In this document: one piece after another, positions 36,920 to 36,955 of the stretch
How the letters are laid out: the number at the start of each line of letters is the position of its first letter
Numbering within the stretch: position 1 is the first letter of the stretch
Assembly: GCA_958431945.1 (NCBI GenBank)
Contig: CAUASQ010000001.1
Span: 1-36,955 of the forward strand
DNA from: an uncultured Collinsella sp.
GTDB taxonomy: Bacteria > Actinomycetota > Coriobacteriia > Coriobacteriales > Coriobacteriaceae
Reading direction: 5' to 3'
DNA length: 36,955 nt
The notes under the pieces: model-generated
Database searches by the model: none
What the model saw: the letters and a program-made list of their open reading frames with translations, nothing else
What the model was told of the DNA's origin: nothing
Made by a program: the position numbers and the translations under genes

Positions 36920-36955
36920 GAACCCTGGACCTTGGGATTAAGAGTCCCCTGCTCT
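36903..36955 (-). tRNA. tRNA-Lys(CTT), 5' end beyond the window
   Basis: Minus strand AGAGCA-GGGGA-CTCTTAA-TCCCA-AGGTC-CAGGG-TTCGACC-CCCTG-ACGGCCC-A. Confidence 0.9.

Overview
High-GC actinobacterial chromosome segment, most consistent with a Collinsella-like gut Coriobacteriia (inferred from gene content and GC, not verified). Left to right: (i) a tandemly repeated secreted ChW-repeat protein gene with a lower-GC NlpC/P60-like C-terminal domain (1-3762); (ii) a lower-GC accessory region (~3763-11230) cut into blocks by two extra copies of the 3' end of the adjacent glycosyltransferase gene. It carries defence-type genes: a HEPN protein, a frameshifted AAA-wHTH ATPase, a PBECR4-type RNase preceded by a promoter, a ~195-nt structured RNA and a terminator, a second orphan copy of that RNA, two DUF4869 genes and an ATPase-TOPRIM gene; (iii) a cell-surface polysaccharide cluster of six GT2 genes and an acyltransferase; (iv) a degenerate AAA/PD-(D/E)XK gene, a sortase-anchored muramidase-like protein and an MNT-HEPN toxin-antitoxin pair; (v) an Rrf2 regulator and sufCBDSU; (vi) a Y1/RAYT-like transposase gene lacking its catalytic Tyr, an IscU-like/GGGtGRT gene pair, an FAD oxidoreductase and a partial tRNA-Lys with a duplicated 3' end. 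The best candidate for an undescribed system is the promoter-ncRNA-terminator-PBECR4 module, which has the layout of a type III-like RNA-antitoxin/abortive-infection system. All family assignments are from motif recognition by eye; no searches were run.
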